DNA of 30,331 nt from a virus (taxonomy: Duplodnaviria > Caudoviricetes): positions 1 through 30,331 of IMG/VR virus record IMGVR_UViG_3300030329_002035; one strand, 5' to 3'. Under the pieces are notes generated by a model, which had not been told where the DNA came from, ran no database searches, and was given only the letters and a program-made list of their open reading frames with translations. The stretch's first letter is position 1; each line of letters starts with the position of its first letter. The position numbers and the translations under genes are program-made. Positions 17,326 through 27,214 of the stretch are shown here, one piece after another.

Positions 17326-17477
17326 TGAGATTAATTGAATATTGTAAAATAAATGGTTTTGGAAATGGCATTAGCAAGGAATGTGTAGATAGTGCTTTTC
17401 ATTCAAAAGATGAAAAAGTTGTTGCACAAGCAAAAAGATATAAATTAAATAAACTAGCAGATAATAAGGAGAAATAA
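17325..17477 (+). CDS. Small hypothetical protein (50 aa)
   Basis: Hand-translated MRLIEYCKINGFGNGISKECVDSAF...; TAATG coupling to the portal gene. Confidence 0.55.
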   Translation: MRLIEYCKINGFGNGISKECVDSAFHSKDEKVVAQAKRYKLNKLADNKEK

Positions 17478-17478
17478 A

Positions 17479-17844
17479 ATGGCTGGGCAAACCCACGACA
17501 TAGAAATCCAAAAAATGATACAAAGAATTGTTGAAGATGAAGAGGTTGATAAAAAACAGTCTTTACATCACGATTCAACACATCATAAAACTCGTGCAGA
17601 TATTACAGCAGAACAAAAAAGAAAAGAAAAAGAAGAAGAAGAGAAAAAAGAGTCTGAAAAGAAAAAAGGAGATGATTCCCCACCAGAATATACTAGAGAT
17701 TATATTCAGTGGGTTGATTTGAATTATGGTGAAAAATTTAAAGGGAATCAAGAACAATTAAATAGGGCTCAAGCTGATCCTAGGGTTCAACGAGCTTATA
17801 CTGATGCAACTGGTCAACAACCCGTTGAATCTGGTAAAAAATAA
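17479..17844 (+). CDS. Hypothetical protein
   Basis: 121 aa, TAAGGAG RBS. Confidence 0.65.
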   Translation: MAGQTHDIEIQKMIQRIVEDEEVDKKQSLHHDSTHHKTRADITAEQKRKEKEEEEKKESEKKKGDDSPPEYTRDYIQWVDLNYGEKFKGNQEQLNRAQADPRVQRAYTDATGQQPVESGKK

Positions 17845-17886
17845 ATTTTTGATTAAATAAGAGCAACTCAATAAGGAGACTCTGAA

Positions 17887-18744
17887 ATGAGCAATAGTAA
17901 AGAAGCCTATAATAATGTAGAGATTTCTCAAGAAGAGATGTCTGCAATAAATGGCGAACAGACCACAGTGTCTGAAGAAACACCAAAGGAAGAGGCTTTG
18001 ACTGTTGAAGATAATTCAACAAGAGAAGTAACAAATCCAGAGGGCAGTGACAGTGATTATGTTTATCAAGTTGAGATAGATGGAAAATCTTATTCGACTG
18101 ATGATGTGGCAAAGTGGAAGGCTGATTCTGATAACAAAAGTAATTGGAGCAAGTCTAATACTGAAAAGGCACAAAAAATCGCTGGAGTGGGGAAATTCAT
18201 TGAAAAATTCAATGGAGATGAAAAACTCCAAGAACACCTTAAAAGTTATTTTGAGGATGAAAAGGAGTATGATTCTTTAGGTTTAGAAGGGAACGATATT
18301 ATTGAAAGAGTTCCAGAAGAACCTAGTGTAAATGATACACGATTAGACAGATTGGAAAGAGCTGAATACAACCGAATAGTTGAACATAGAACCTCAAACC
18401 TAGAGCAAGAGTTGTCGTCACTTGAGGAACAGTATCCAAACATACTGGGAGACAATGAAAAAGTGATGGACTTTCTTCAATTTGCAGAAAATAATTCTGC
18501 GAGGTATCGTGACAGCAAAGGAGTAGTCAATCTTTCTCATATGTTTAAAGAGTATTCATTTGACCATATGAAGAGTGAATTAAGCCACTTTAAAAAACTA
18601 AATGACAATAGTAATCGTAATGTTAATACCGTCATAAATAGATCGGAAATCGGAGCAGTTGAAACTGTAACACCAACATCTTATAAATCTTGGAAAGAGA
18701 TTGATGGTAGTGATCCCGATATTAAAAAATATTTTGACGAGTAA
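17887..18744 (+). CDS. Capsid scaffolding protein
   Basis: Acidic N-terminus, V.IDG motif and coiled coil; immediately upstream of the capsid gene. Confidence 0.75.
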   Translation: MSNSKEAYNNVEISQEEMSAINGEQTTVSEETPKEEALTVEDNSTREVTNPEGSDSDYVYQVEIDGKSYSTDDVAKWKADSDNKSNWSKSNTEKAQKIAGVGKFIEKFNGDEKLQEHLKSYFEDEKEYDSLGLEGNDIIERVPEEPSVNDTRLDRLERAEYNRIVEHRTSNLEQELSSLEEQYPNILGDNEKVMDFLQFAENNSARYRDSKGVVNLSHMFKEYSFDHMKSELSHFKKLNDNSNRNVNTVINRSEIGAVETVTPTSYKSWKEIDGSDPDIKKYFDE

Positions 18745-18776
18745 TTAATAGTTACATAATTAAGGAGTAATAAGTT

Positions 18777-19937
18777 ATGGCTTTAAGTACATCAGTTAGT
18801 GCTTTAACTCGTGATAAATTTATTCCAGTATTGGTTGACAATATTTACAATTCTAATGTCCTCTGCTTAAAACTTTTAAAAAATGCAGACAAATTAGATG
18901 GTGGTGCAAATATTGTAATCCCAGTTGAGACAGCTACTATGACTAGTGGTGCAAGTGGATGGGTAAACTACGGTGGTGGAACACCGGGTGCAACAACTGT
19001 AGGTGAAGTTGAAACATACCAAAAAGCAACATATCAATGGGCAACTGGTTATTCTGGAGTAAAAATTCCCGGTGAGGAGGAATTAGTAAACAAAGGTTCT
19101 AATATGGTTATTTCATTATTGAAAGCCAAATTAAAATCTGCTGAAAAAACATTAAAGGACTTGTTTGGTACTGGAATGTTTGCCTCATCTGTAGTAGCAA
19201 ATGGATTAACAACATTGAATGGTGTTGGTACAACTAGTGCTGGATTTGACGGTTCAACATTTGATGATGGTGTAGCTGGTCTTTTAGAGACTGCTCTACC
19301 AAATTCAACGGCTGTTATATTAGCAGATGGTGGAGTAGCTGGGTCTGTATGTGGCTACAACCGTGCATTAGGTGGATTAACAGCTGGAAATGTAGCATCT
19401 GGTACTGGATACTGGGCTGGTAAATTAGGTTCTTTTGAGTTAATATCTTTCAAAAGAGATTATTCTAATGATACTGGTGCATTTTCTTGGAGTGATGCAA
19501 TATCTTTAAACACATCAAATGTAGCATTTATGACAGTCGCTATGACTAGAATGTATGGTGCTTTGACTAAAGATAATGATCAGCCAGATTTAATCGTAAC
19601 AACTCAAGCAATTTACGATGCATATGAAACATCATTACAAGCAAACAAAAGATTTGCTGGTGATGAAGCTATCGCAAATGCTGGTTTTGATTCTTTACGA
19701 TTTAAAGGTGCGACAGTTGTTGTGGATTCACATTGTCCGGCTGGACATATGTATTTCCTAAATACTGATTACCTTGACTTTAAAGTTCACAAAGAAAGAA
19801 ATTTCCAATTTGAGGACTTTAGAAGATTAGAAGGTTCTGACAATATTCAGTCTAGATTATTCTGGATGGGTCAGTTAACTTGCTCTAATCCTTCAATGCA
19901 AGGTGTTCTTTATAATGGGCCGGTTGATTATTCATAA
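18777..19937 (+). CDS. Major capsid protein (HK97 fold)
   Basis: LVDNI..SN, DGG..I.IP, PDLIVTT...Y..Y, NAGF..L.FKGA.VV.D.HCP.G.MYFLN; strong RBS; followed by a terminator. Confidence 0.9.
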   Translation: MALSTSVSALTRDKFIPVLVDNIYNSNVLCLKLLKNADKLDGGANIVIPVETATMTSGASGWVNYGGGTPGATTVGEVETYQKATYQWATGYSGVKIPGEEELVNKGSNMVISLLKAKLKSAEKTLKDLFGTGMFASSVVANGLTTLNGVGTTSAGFDGSTFDDGVAGLLETALPNSTAVILADGGVAGSVCGYNRALGGLTAGNVASGTGYWAGKLGSFELISFKRDYSNDTGAFSWSDAISLNTSNVAFMTVAMTRMYGALTKDNDQPDLIVTTQAIYDAYETSLQANKRFAGDEAIANAGFDSLRFKGATVVVDSHCPAGHMYFLNTDYLDFKVHKERNFQFEDFRRLEGSDNIQSRLFWMGQLTCSNPSMQGVLYNGPVDYS

Positions 19938-19939
19938 AC

Positions 19940-19961
19940 CGTAAGTTAATCGTAAGTTAAT
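19940..19961 (+). repeat. Tandem 11-nt repeat CGTAAGTTAAT x2
   Basis: Exact tandem between the capsid stop codon and the terminator. Confidence 0.8.
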
Positions 19962-19991
19962 AATGGGGGTATCTTCGGATACCCTCATTTT
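19962..19991 (+). terminator. Intrinsic terminator after capsid gene
   Basis: AATGGGGGTATC-TTCG-GATACCCTCATT stem with cUUCGg loop and a short U-run. Confidence 0.8.
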
Positions 19992-20005
19992 AAAGGAGAA
20001 ATTCA

Positions 20006-20863
20006 ATGACTGGAGCTGAATTAGTTGCAGAGTTAGGGAGAAGAGTTGAGGATGAATCATTTGACAATTTTGCTTTAAGCCACAAACTACAAGCTATAAA
20101 TAATGCATCTAAAACTTTAACAACATTATTGCATAATTATTATTTATCTGATTTCAAAGTTGTAGCATTAAACAAATCTTTAATTTCTGGAACAAGATAT
20201 AAATATGCCACATTTACAAGTATATTTGTAGCATATCAAATAACTGGAGTTACTGCTACATCTCCAACAAATGGAAACCCTTCAGTTTTCACTAAAACCT
20301 CACACACATTAATTAATGGAGACACTGTTGAATTAAGTGGTTTTTCTGAAATGACAGATGTTAATGGTCTTACTGGAATAGTGGAGGGTGTTTTTGGAAA
20401 TACTTTTAAAATTAAAGGTGTCTTGGGTTCTCCAGCAGAGACAACTGGAGGAACTGTAACAAAAGTTGATGATGGTAGTGGTTATCCTATAAGAAATGGT
20501 ATTACAAAGGTTTATGATAGGTCACATAAGAGGTATGCACAAATAGTAAGTCAGAGGTCTTTTATGCCTAGTCCTACTTATGACTATGGAACTATATGTT
20601 GTTTAGATGATGATAAGTTGGAATTAGCTCCAACAAGTTGTACTGGTATTGATGTACACTACATTAAAGAACCAGATGAAATTGCAAGTAATTCTACAGA
20701 ATGTGAATGGAATAATAGTCTTGAACCTATACTTTTAGATTTAGCTGAATCAGAAATATGGTATGCAGACAATAGACCTAATCGTGGAAATTTAGCTTAC
20801 CAAAGAGCTGTTAATATGATACAATCTTTAAATGATAGAATATTAGGAAAATTGAGTGAGTGA
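20006..20863 (+). CDS. Head-tail adaptor (tail tubular A-like) with inserted FCCH-like beta domain
   Basis: Position after capsid; helical termini; insert ITGVT...NPSVFT..SHTL.NGDTV.LSG..EM.DVNG...NTF.I. Confidence 0.6.
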   Translation: MTGAELVAELGRRVEDESFDNFALSHKLQAINNASKTLTTLLHNYYLSDFKVVALNKSLISGTRYKYATFTSIFVAYQITGVTATSPTNGNPSVFTKTSHTLINGDTVELSGFSEMTDVNGLTGIVEGVFGNTFKIKGVLGSPAETTGGTVTKVDDGSGYPIRNGITKVYDRSHKRYAQIVSQRSFMPSPTYDYGTICCLDDDKLELAPTSCTGIDVHYIKEPDEIASNSTECEWNNSLEPILLDLAESEIWYADNRPNRGNLAYQRAVNMIQSLNDRILGKLSE

Positions 20864-23800
20864 GATAGTAAAAATAAAATTAGAGGGTGGTTTTAATAAA
20901 CAATATGATCCAAAAATAGTTGGCTCTGGTTTTATAGTTTTAAAGAATATGCATAATTTAGATACGGGTTCTTTGAAAAGTAGAAAAGGCTATGGAACTC
21001 CAGTAACTATATCTGGAAGAAATGTTTTAGATATGGTGTGGTGGCTTGAACCAACATCAGAAACATTGTATTGGCTAGGCTATGATTATAATGGAAGTAA
21101 ACAAATATTTAGAGTTGATAATGCTTTTACTAATAATGTAAATTTAGAAACACTAACTGGAACAACTCCCTCAAGAATGCATATATACAATTATGGTAAT
21201 GCAGTTAGATTTGCTAAAGGGTTAAATCATAATGTTTCAGTTTATTCAAAAATAGATAGAAAATATTTTAATGTAGGTGTATCTGATGCACACTTTCAAT
21301 TCTCTTCTAATATGGACACTGGCGAAACTATTCAATTGGTAGATACCTCTGGAGTAACAAAAATATATGAAGCTATAAATGGAGACAACTCTGACCAGTT
21401 ATTTACTGGAGCAGTTAAAGGGGGGTCTTATACTGCTATTCTTTTTGGTGAAAGTAATGCAGATGTTCAAGATTATGATGCAGACACTTTATTAATAAGG
21501 GGATTAAAATCAGACGGCTCTACAAACGATGTAACTTATTATTTTGAAGGAGATGGAACAAAAGCAACTGGTCAAGTAGGGGGTGGATATACTTATGTAG
21601 ATATTAGTAGTTGTACCTCAAGTATTGATGTTGCAACAGAATTTAGAAATGCAGTAGGAAGCGATGGTGGTCACAAAAATGAAATCAATTTTGCTCCAGA
21701 TGTTTCTTCTAATGCAGTATATTTAAGGCAACTGATTGCTGGTTCTAGTGGGAATACAACAATAACTCACACTGGAGATGCAAGTATAACACCGGGTAGT
21801 GCAACTTTTATTGGTGGCAGTTCTGATACAAATATACTAGTTTGCAATCTATCTGACACATCTGGACCAGTTGAGGAAACAGCAACAACTATGGCCAATG
21901 AACTCCGTGATGCTATAGAGGGTGTGTCTGGTCATAATGGTGGAATTACTGTTGTTACTCAAGTTGATTCAGATGCAACGACATCACTAGCTGGTGGTGT
22001 TTATTTAAAACAACTTGTATATACATCTACAACTGGAACAACTATAACTGTAAGTGGTGGCTTTAATGATGATTGTGCAATTAATCCACCAGCAACTTTT
22101 TCTTCTGGTTGCAAGTGGACATTTAATGATTTTTATTATGATCCTATAAATTATCCAAGATTTGCAACAGTAACAACATCAGACCCAACATTTGTTGATG
22201 GGGGAACTCTACCTTTCACTACAAGTTCTAGAAATGTTCATTACAGAATATCTCCAATCTTTGATGGGGTTCAAGAAGGATTGTTAGATTCTAATGTAAT
22301 AGGGCCAATTAATTTTAGTGGTGATGATACAAACACGGTTTTATTTGATATTACATTTAATGACACTGACTACAACCCAAGATTGACTGGATTTAATCTT
22401 TACAGAGCTATAACAACTGGGGAGTACCCAGAAGATGGAGCATATTATTTTATAAAAACTGTAAATATAACTGCTGGAGTTAAAGACCAGTGGATTAATT
22501 CTCGTTTTGGATACAAAGGTAGAAGTATTTTTAGTGCTTGGGATACAGATGATTTTACTCATTCTTATGAGCCTTCAACTTATACTAATGTTGCTGGAAA
22601 ATTCTCCGTATCTGCAATAGGTACACAACCAGTCAATGTGGATGAGGGAGACCTCTATATGGATCAAGATTCAGCCTCATCTGGATTTTGGGCAATTGAC
22701 CAAAGCAGAAATTCTTCTACTTGGAGAACTACTCAAAATTCACAAAGCCAATGCACAAGAACTATAGAAGAGGTTAAAAAAAGATTTATGCTTTTAGATG
22801 ATGATACTTATAATGATAGGTTTGGAGAAGATAGAGATTGGGTTATAATGTCAGATAATTGGGCAAGTTCTGGAAGGTTGGCAAGTAGAAATGGTAATGC
22901 TACTTGGGGAACTTTTAATTCTACCACTGGATTAAATGTATCTAATGGTAGTTCAAATGGAACATATTATTCTTATGGTTTGACAGCTTTTATGGGACCG
23001 GGTGGTAGTGTAACAACTAATTTGTGTACTCAATCTGTACCATTTTCTGGATTTAATGGTGGGGAACTTTTTTACTTTAAAATGGATTGTGCTGGGGATA
23101 CGGGCAACGGTACTCCAACCGTAAGATTAAATATGTATATAGATGATTGGACTGGAGGTTCTCAAGGTTCTAATATTTTATCTACATTCCAAAGCTGGGG
23201 TCATACTGGGGGATATTCTTCTACTATTAAAAAATTTATGTTTAAAATACCAGATACTTGTACTGCTTTTGGATTAAGATTTTCTATGACAAGGTATGCA
23301 GATTCAGATCAAAATCTAAATTCTTCTTGGGGAATAAGAATGAATGATTTAATTATATCTCAAGTAAAAAGAGCTGGTTCTAAATCTTGGTCTCATCAAT
23401 CTTTATGGGCCGTAGATGGATTAGGATTGCAAAATGACCAAGCTGTTGGAAATAGGGTTGTAATAGATGGGGTGAGCTATTTCGTTTCTAATAACATTGA
23501 TGATGTTGTAAGAAATGCTGGGAGCAGTGGTTTTTTAAATCTATCTCAAGCAGAATCTAAAAATAGAGTAATAGCTGGAACAGATACAGCTTGGCAATCT
23601 AGTGCAAATGAACACACCTTAACAGTTGTTGATGCTGGTCTTGGGGATGGTGCAGTGAGTCCATTAAATGGAGTGACATCTTTAGATACTAGATACAAAG
23701 TTTCTGATACTGTTAGTGGAAGAACTTTTGGGTGTAATGTTAATTTATTTGATTCATTCGGCAATAATGATGAATATAATGATATGGTTATATATAGTGA

Positions 23801-24761
23801 AATTCAACAGCCAGATGTTTTGCCAATATCAAATTATATAAGGTTAAATGATTTGCAAGGTGGAGCTATAGTTGGTGTTGCTGGATTAATGTCTGATTTA
23901 GTTGTGTTTGCTGAAAGGGGGATATTTAGATTAAATGTTCCTTCAATTGATCCTACTGGGTGGAGCTTGGTAGAATCAGAACCCAATTTAGGATGTTCTC
24001 AACCATTCTCTATAAAAAAATGGAAGAATGGAGTTTTCTTTGCTGGTACAGATAACATATATTATATTACACCAAACTTTGAATTTATAAGTATTTCAGA
24101 AAATTGGAGAGACTTATATCAAAGTTCTTTTAGTAATGTTACAGATACTAATCAAACAGTTATAGAAATTGATAATAACAATGAAAGATTGATTGTTAAA
24201 TTTGGGGATGAAGATGAAATAATAAATATTATGGATTTAAAAGCATTCGCAAATCAAAAGTTGATTTGGTATGAATATAGCTCTCTATCTGGGAATGCTA
24301 TCAATGAGGGAGATATAGATCACTTAATAGTTAGAAATGATAGCAAGGTTTATATTTTAAACATAACAGATGGTGGAGCTGACACTAAAGTAAGAGAGCT
24401 TGAACCAGATACTAGTCAAGGAGAATCTAAATATTCACTTAAAACTGGCTATATTAGTTTGGCTACAATGACAGATAAAGAAGATTTGTTTATAAGGAGA
24501 GTTAATTTGCATTTAGCACAAAGCTCTAATAATTGTGAAATTACAATTTATTTAAACCACCAAACAAACTGGACTGGTAATGCAGAGGTTTCAAGTGGAA
24601 ACACTATTACAAAACAATTTACTCCAAGCACTGGAGGGGATGACAATATTTATAGCATAAGAATAGGTAGAAGAGCAAAAGGATTTCAATTGAAAATCAG
24701 AAGCACTGGAACAGATACGGGAACAACTGTATTAAGGGATTTAGAAGTTGAAGTCGACTAG
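20856..24761 (+). CDS. Tail nozzle / tail tubular B-like protein with large insertions
   Basis: 1301 aa; GGFN...N...TG.LK.RKG start, beta-propeller-like C-terminus (LVVFAERGIFRL, NLGC..P.SI...GVFF). Confidence 0.7.
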   Translation: MSEIVKIKLEGGFNKQYDPKIVGSGFIVLKNMHNLDTGSLKSRKGYGTPVTISGRNVLDMVWWLEPTSETLYWLGYDYNGSKQIFRVDNAFTNNVNLETLTGTTPSRMHIYNYGNAVRFAKGLNHNVSVYSKIDRKYFNVGVSDAHFQFSSNMDTGETIQLVDTSGVTKIYEAINGDNSDQLFTGAVKGGSYTAILFGESNADVQDYDADTLLIRGLKSDGSTNDVTYYFEGDGTKATGQVGGGYTYVDISSCTSSIDVATEFRNAVGSDGGHKNEINFAPDVSSNAVYLRQLIAGSSGNTTITHTGDASITPGSATFIGGSSDTNILVCNLSDTSGPVEETATTMANELRDAIEGVSGHNGGITVVTQVDSDATTSLAGGVYLKQLVYTSTTGTTITVSGGFNDDCAINPPATFSSGCKWTFNDFYYDPINYPRFATVTTSDPTFVDGGTLPFTTSSRNVHYRISPIFDGVQEGLLDSNVIGPINFSGDDTNTVLFDITFNDTDYNPRLTGFNLYRAITTGEYPEDGAYYFIKTVNITAGVKDQWINSRFGYKGRSIFSAWDTDDFTHSYEPSTYTNVAGKFSVSAIGTQPVNVDEGDLYMDQDSASSGFWAIDQSRNSSTWRTTQNSQSQCTRTIEEVKKRFMLLDDDTYNDRFGEDRDWVIMSDNWASSGRLASRNGNATWGTFNSTTGLNVSNGSSNGTYYSYGLTAFMGPGGSVTTNLCTQSVPFSGFNGGELFYFKMDCAGDTGNGTPTVRLNMYIDDWTGGSQGSNILSTFQSWGHTGGYSSTIKKFMFKIPDTCTAFGLRFSMTRYADSDQNLNSSWGIRMNDLIISQVKRAGSKSWSHQSLWAVDGLGLQNDQAVGNRVVIDGVSYFVSNNIDDVVRNAGSSGFLNLSQAESKNRVIAGTDTAWQSSANEHTLTVVDAGLGDGAVSPLNGVTSLDTRYKVSDTVSGRTFGCNVNLFDSFGNNDEYNDMVIYSEIQQPDVLPISNYIRLNDLQGGAIVGVAGLMSDLVVFAERGIFRLNVPSIDPTGWSLVESEPNLGCSQPFSIKKWKNGVFFAGTDNIYYITPNFEFISISENWRDLYQSSFSNVTDTNQTVIEIDNNNERLIVKFGDEDEIINIMDLKAFANQKLIWYEYSSLSGNAINEGDIDHLIVRNDSKVYILNITDGGADTKVRELEPDTSQGESKYSLKTGYISLATMTDKEDLFIRRVNLHLAQSSNNCEITIYLNHQTNWTGNAEVSSGNTITKQFTPSTGGDDNIYSIRIGRRAKGFQLKIRSTGTDTGTTVLRDLEVEVD

Positions 24762-24885
24762 TTCATCAAGGAAACCAACAGATAAAGCTAGTGCAGAAGC
24801 AGTTAGAAGATTTGAAATAATTATAAAAGAGTTGCAAATAGAAATAGAAAAATTAAAAACAAGAGTTACAGCATTAGGGGGATAA
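24748..24885 (+). CDS. Small coiled-coil protein (45 aa)
   Basis: TTG-start ORF ...IIIKELQIEIEKLKTRVTALGG filling the gap. Confidence 0.5.
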   Translation: MKSTSSSRKPTDKASAEAVRRFEIIIKELQIEIEKLKTRVTALGG

Positions 24886-25803
24886 ATGGATAAATCGTGG
24901 AGACAGTTAGCAGATAGGTGTCAGTTGTTTTATGAAGCAAATGACGGCCTATATATAAGTTTGCTTAAAGAGGCAGAGCTTGTTATGGCCAATAAATGCA
25001 GTTTGTATAAAGAGCATTTTACATACAAGTTTAATGCTAACACAGATTCAAATTCGCAAGTATTACCATCAAATTATAAAAGTATGATTAATGTCTGGGT
25101 TGATGGAAACTTAATCCCATACAGAGATAAATCTAATTGGTCTTTTACAAAAGGAGATGATGCACTGTATCCCGTTATGAAGGTATCAGAAGGAACACCT
25201 TCTTTTTATGATCTGGCAAATGGTCATATAGTATTCGACAAAGTTCCTTCATCTTCAACAACTATAGATATTTATTATAGAGCTAATGTTGATAAGACTT
25301 TAACAAAGCCACTTTTAATGCTACCAGTTGCTGGAGGCAAAGTTAAGATAAACACTAATTTAGGTGCTGAAATACTTGGTGCTACAGTAGTGTGTGAGGA
25401 TAATGGCTCTGCTAACACAATAATTTTAGATGGGCAAGTTTCTACAACATCACAACAATATGTAACACCATCACAAATACAAGATTATAATAACACAGTA
25501 GTTGGGGAGAAACATCAAATATTATTAACAGAATATGTATCTGGTAGTGATTGGGATGTAAATGAACCTCCTACTCAATTATATTTACAACAAGGATGGA
25601 TTGAAAATTACAGAAATTATGCTCCTTTGATAGATGGGGATTATCATTTAGACTTGTGTGAATATGCTATTTATATTGCTAGTGCAAAGGTTGATCCAGA
25701 CCTTTCTATGAAACATTTACAAATTTGGGAAAGTCGTATTCAAGAAATTTTAAACGACAATATAGATAAGGAATTGCCAACGGGTATAAGGGAGGAGATA
25801 TAA
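24886..25803 (+). CDS. Second adaptor-like tail protein
   Basis: LPSNY....V.VDG, GTP.FY, F..VP....I.IYY, P.I...YH..L.EYA pattern typical of adaptor paralogs. Confidence 0.5.
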   Translation: MDKSWRQLADRCQLFYEANDGLYISLLKEAELVMANKCSLYKEHFTYKFNANTDSNSQVLPSNYKSMINVWVDGNLIPYRDKSNWSFTKGDDALYPVMKVSEGTPSFYDLANGHIVFDKVPSSSTTIDIYYRANVDKTLTKPLLMLPVAGGKVKINTNLGAEILGATVVCEDNGSANTIILDGQVSTTSQQYVTPSQIQDYNNTVVGEKHQILLTEYVSGSDWDVNEPPTQLYLQQGWIENYRNYAPLIDGDYHLDLCEYAIYIASAKVDPDLSMKHLQIWESRIQEILNDNIDKELPTGIREEI

Positions 25804-25804
25804 A

Positions 25805-26407
25805 ATGTTACCAGTAATAGGAATGAGCCTTCTAGGTAGTGCTTTTAGTGGAATGAGTGCTAATAAAAGAGCATCAAGAATGAGGAGTCAAGCGATAAAG
25901 GATGCTAAATATCAATCACCAGAAGAGTTGGCTTGGATTAAAAAAACACAACAAAGGTCTATATATGGTGATGAAAATTTTGAGCAAAAGAAAAATTTAG
26001 CACTCCAGCCTATAAAGTCAATGGGTCAGCAAACTAAACAACAAGCTGTAGGTCAAGCAATCAGACAAGGCCTAGAAAATTCAGTAATAGCTAATGAGAT
26101 TCGTTCAAGGATGGATGCAAAGACTCAAACTCAAATGTCTCAAGTAGCCAAACAAATAGCTTTAATGAATGAACAATATAAAGATCAACAAGAACAAGCT
26201 CTAGATAAATACCATTTAGGAAGAGCTGATAGAATTAGAAACATAACTAGTCAAGCTAATCAATCATATTTACAAAACCAAGTTGGAGGACTAGACATAC
26301 TAGGTGGATTTATGAGCCAACTTGCAAGTACTGGTATGGGAACGAAAGGTTTTCAAGATAGTCAATTTATGGGGTGGCTGACTAGTGGAAATTGGACAAG
26401 AAAATAG
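25805..26407 (+). CDS. Small ejection / internal virion protein
   Basis: Hydrophobic Gly/Ser N-terminus, Q-rich helix, Gly-rich C-terminus; position before the larger ejection genes. Confidence 0.65.
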   Translation: MLPVIGMSLLGSAFSGMSANKRASRMRSQAIKDAKYQSPEELAWIKKTQQRSIYGDENFEQKKNLALQPIKSMGQQTKQQAVGQAIRQGLENSVIANEIRSRMDAKTQTQMSQVAKQIALMNEQYKDQQEQALDKYHLGRADRIRNITSQANQSYLQNQVGGLDILGGFMSQLASTGMGTKGFQDSQFMGWLTSGNWTRK

Positions 26408-26428
26408 TGGAATTAATAGGGAGCTAAT

Positions 26429-27214
26429 ATGAGTAAAACATCTAGATTAGAAGAAACATTAGGAATAAATTGGGATGATCCAAATTTAGACCCAGAAATA
26501 AAGTCTTATTATAATACACATATAAAAAACAAGGATGCAATTTATTACAATGAAGCACAAGAACATATTAAGGCAATTCAGAAAATTCAGAACAAAAACA
26601 AAGAATTGTCAAAAATGGATAAAGACCTTTTATTTTACTCTAGTGTTTTAAAACAAACTCCAGAATTTAAAGCTATGGATTTCACAACACAACAAGCAAG
26701 TCTAGACTCTCTTCCATTATATTTATACAACAAGAGTGATTTTTACTCCTTCAAGCCAGAGGCATTAAAGAAGATGGATAAAAAAACAGCTATAGATAAA
26801 GAGAAAGAAGAAAAATCTGAAGAAAAGAAAAAAATTACACCTAAAACTGAATACCAATTTAATGTAGATGAATTACTAGAAAGTAATCCAGAGGTATTAG
26901 ATTTGTTTCCAAATTGGGAAGGGGAAGAATTAATACTTGATAAATCGCAGTTAAACGAGGTAGAAAAAAGAATCAATAAAAAATACAATGTCAAAACAAA
27001 ATCATTTGAAATAAAAGATAAAGCTAAATATGATGAAAAATATGAATTGTTTGTTGATAAAGTTGCAAATGAAAAATTTAAAGTAGCAGAAAAATTAAAG
27101 ACACAGTTAGTAGCAATGAATCCAGATGCTGAAGCAGATTTAAATGCTATAATTCAATACAAGAAAGACAATCCTACTGCGAAATTCTCTAATATGTGGA
27201 ATCTTTTTAAGTAA
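26429..27214 (+). CDS. Putative second ejection protein
   Basis: 261-aa charged helical ORF between the small and giant ejection genes. Confidence 0.5.
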   Translation: MSKTSRLEETLGINWDDPNLDPEIKSYYNTHIKNKDAIYYNEAQEHIKAIQKIQNKNKELSKMDKDLLFYSSVLKQTPEFKAMDFTTQQASLDSLPLYLYNKSDFYSFKPEALKKMDKKTAIDKEKEEKSEEKKKITPKTEYQFNVDELLESNPEVLDLFPNWEGEELILDKSQLNEVEKRINKKYNVKTKSFEIKDKAKYDEKYELFVDKVANEKFKVAEKLKTQLVAMNPDAEADLNAIIQYKKDNPTAKFSNMWNLFK

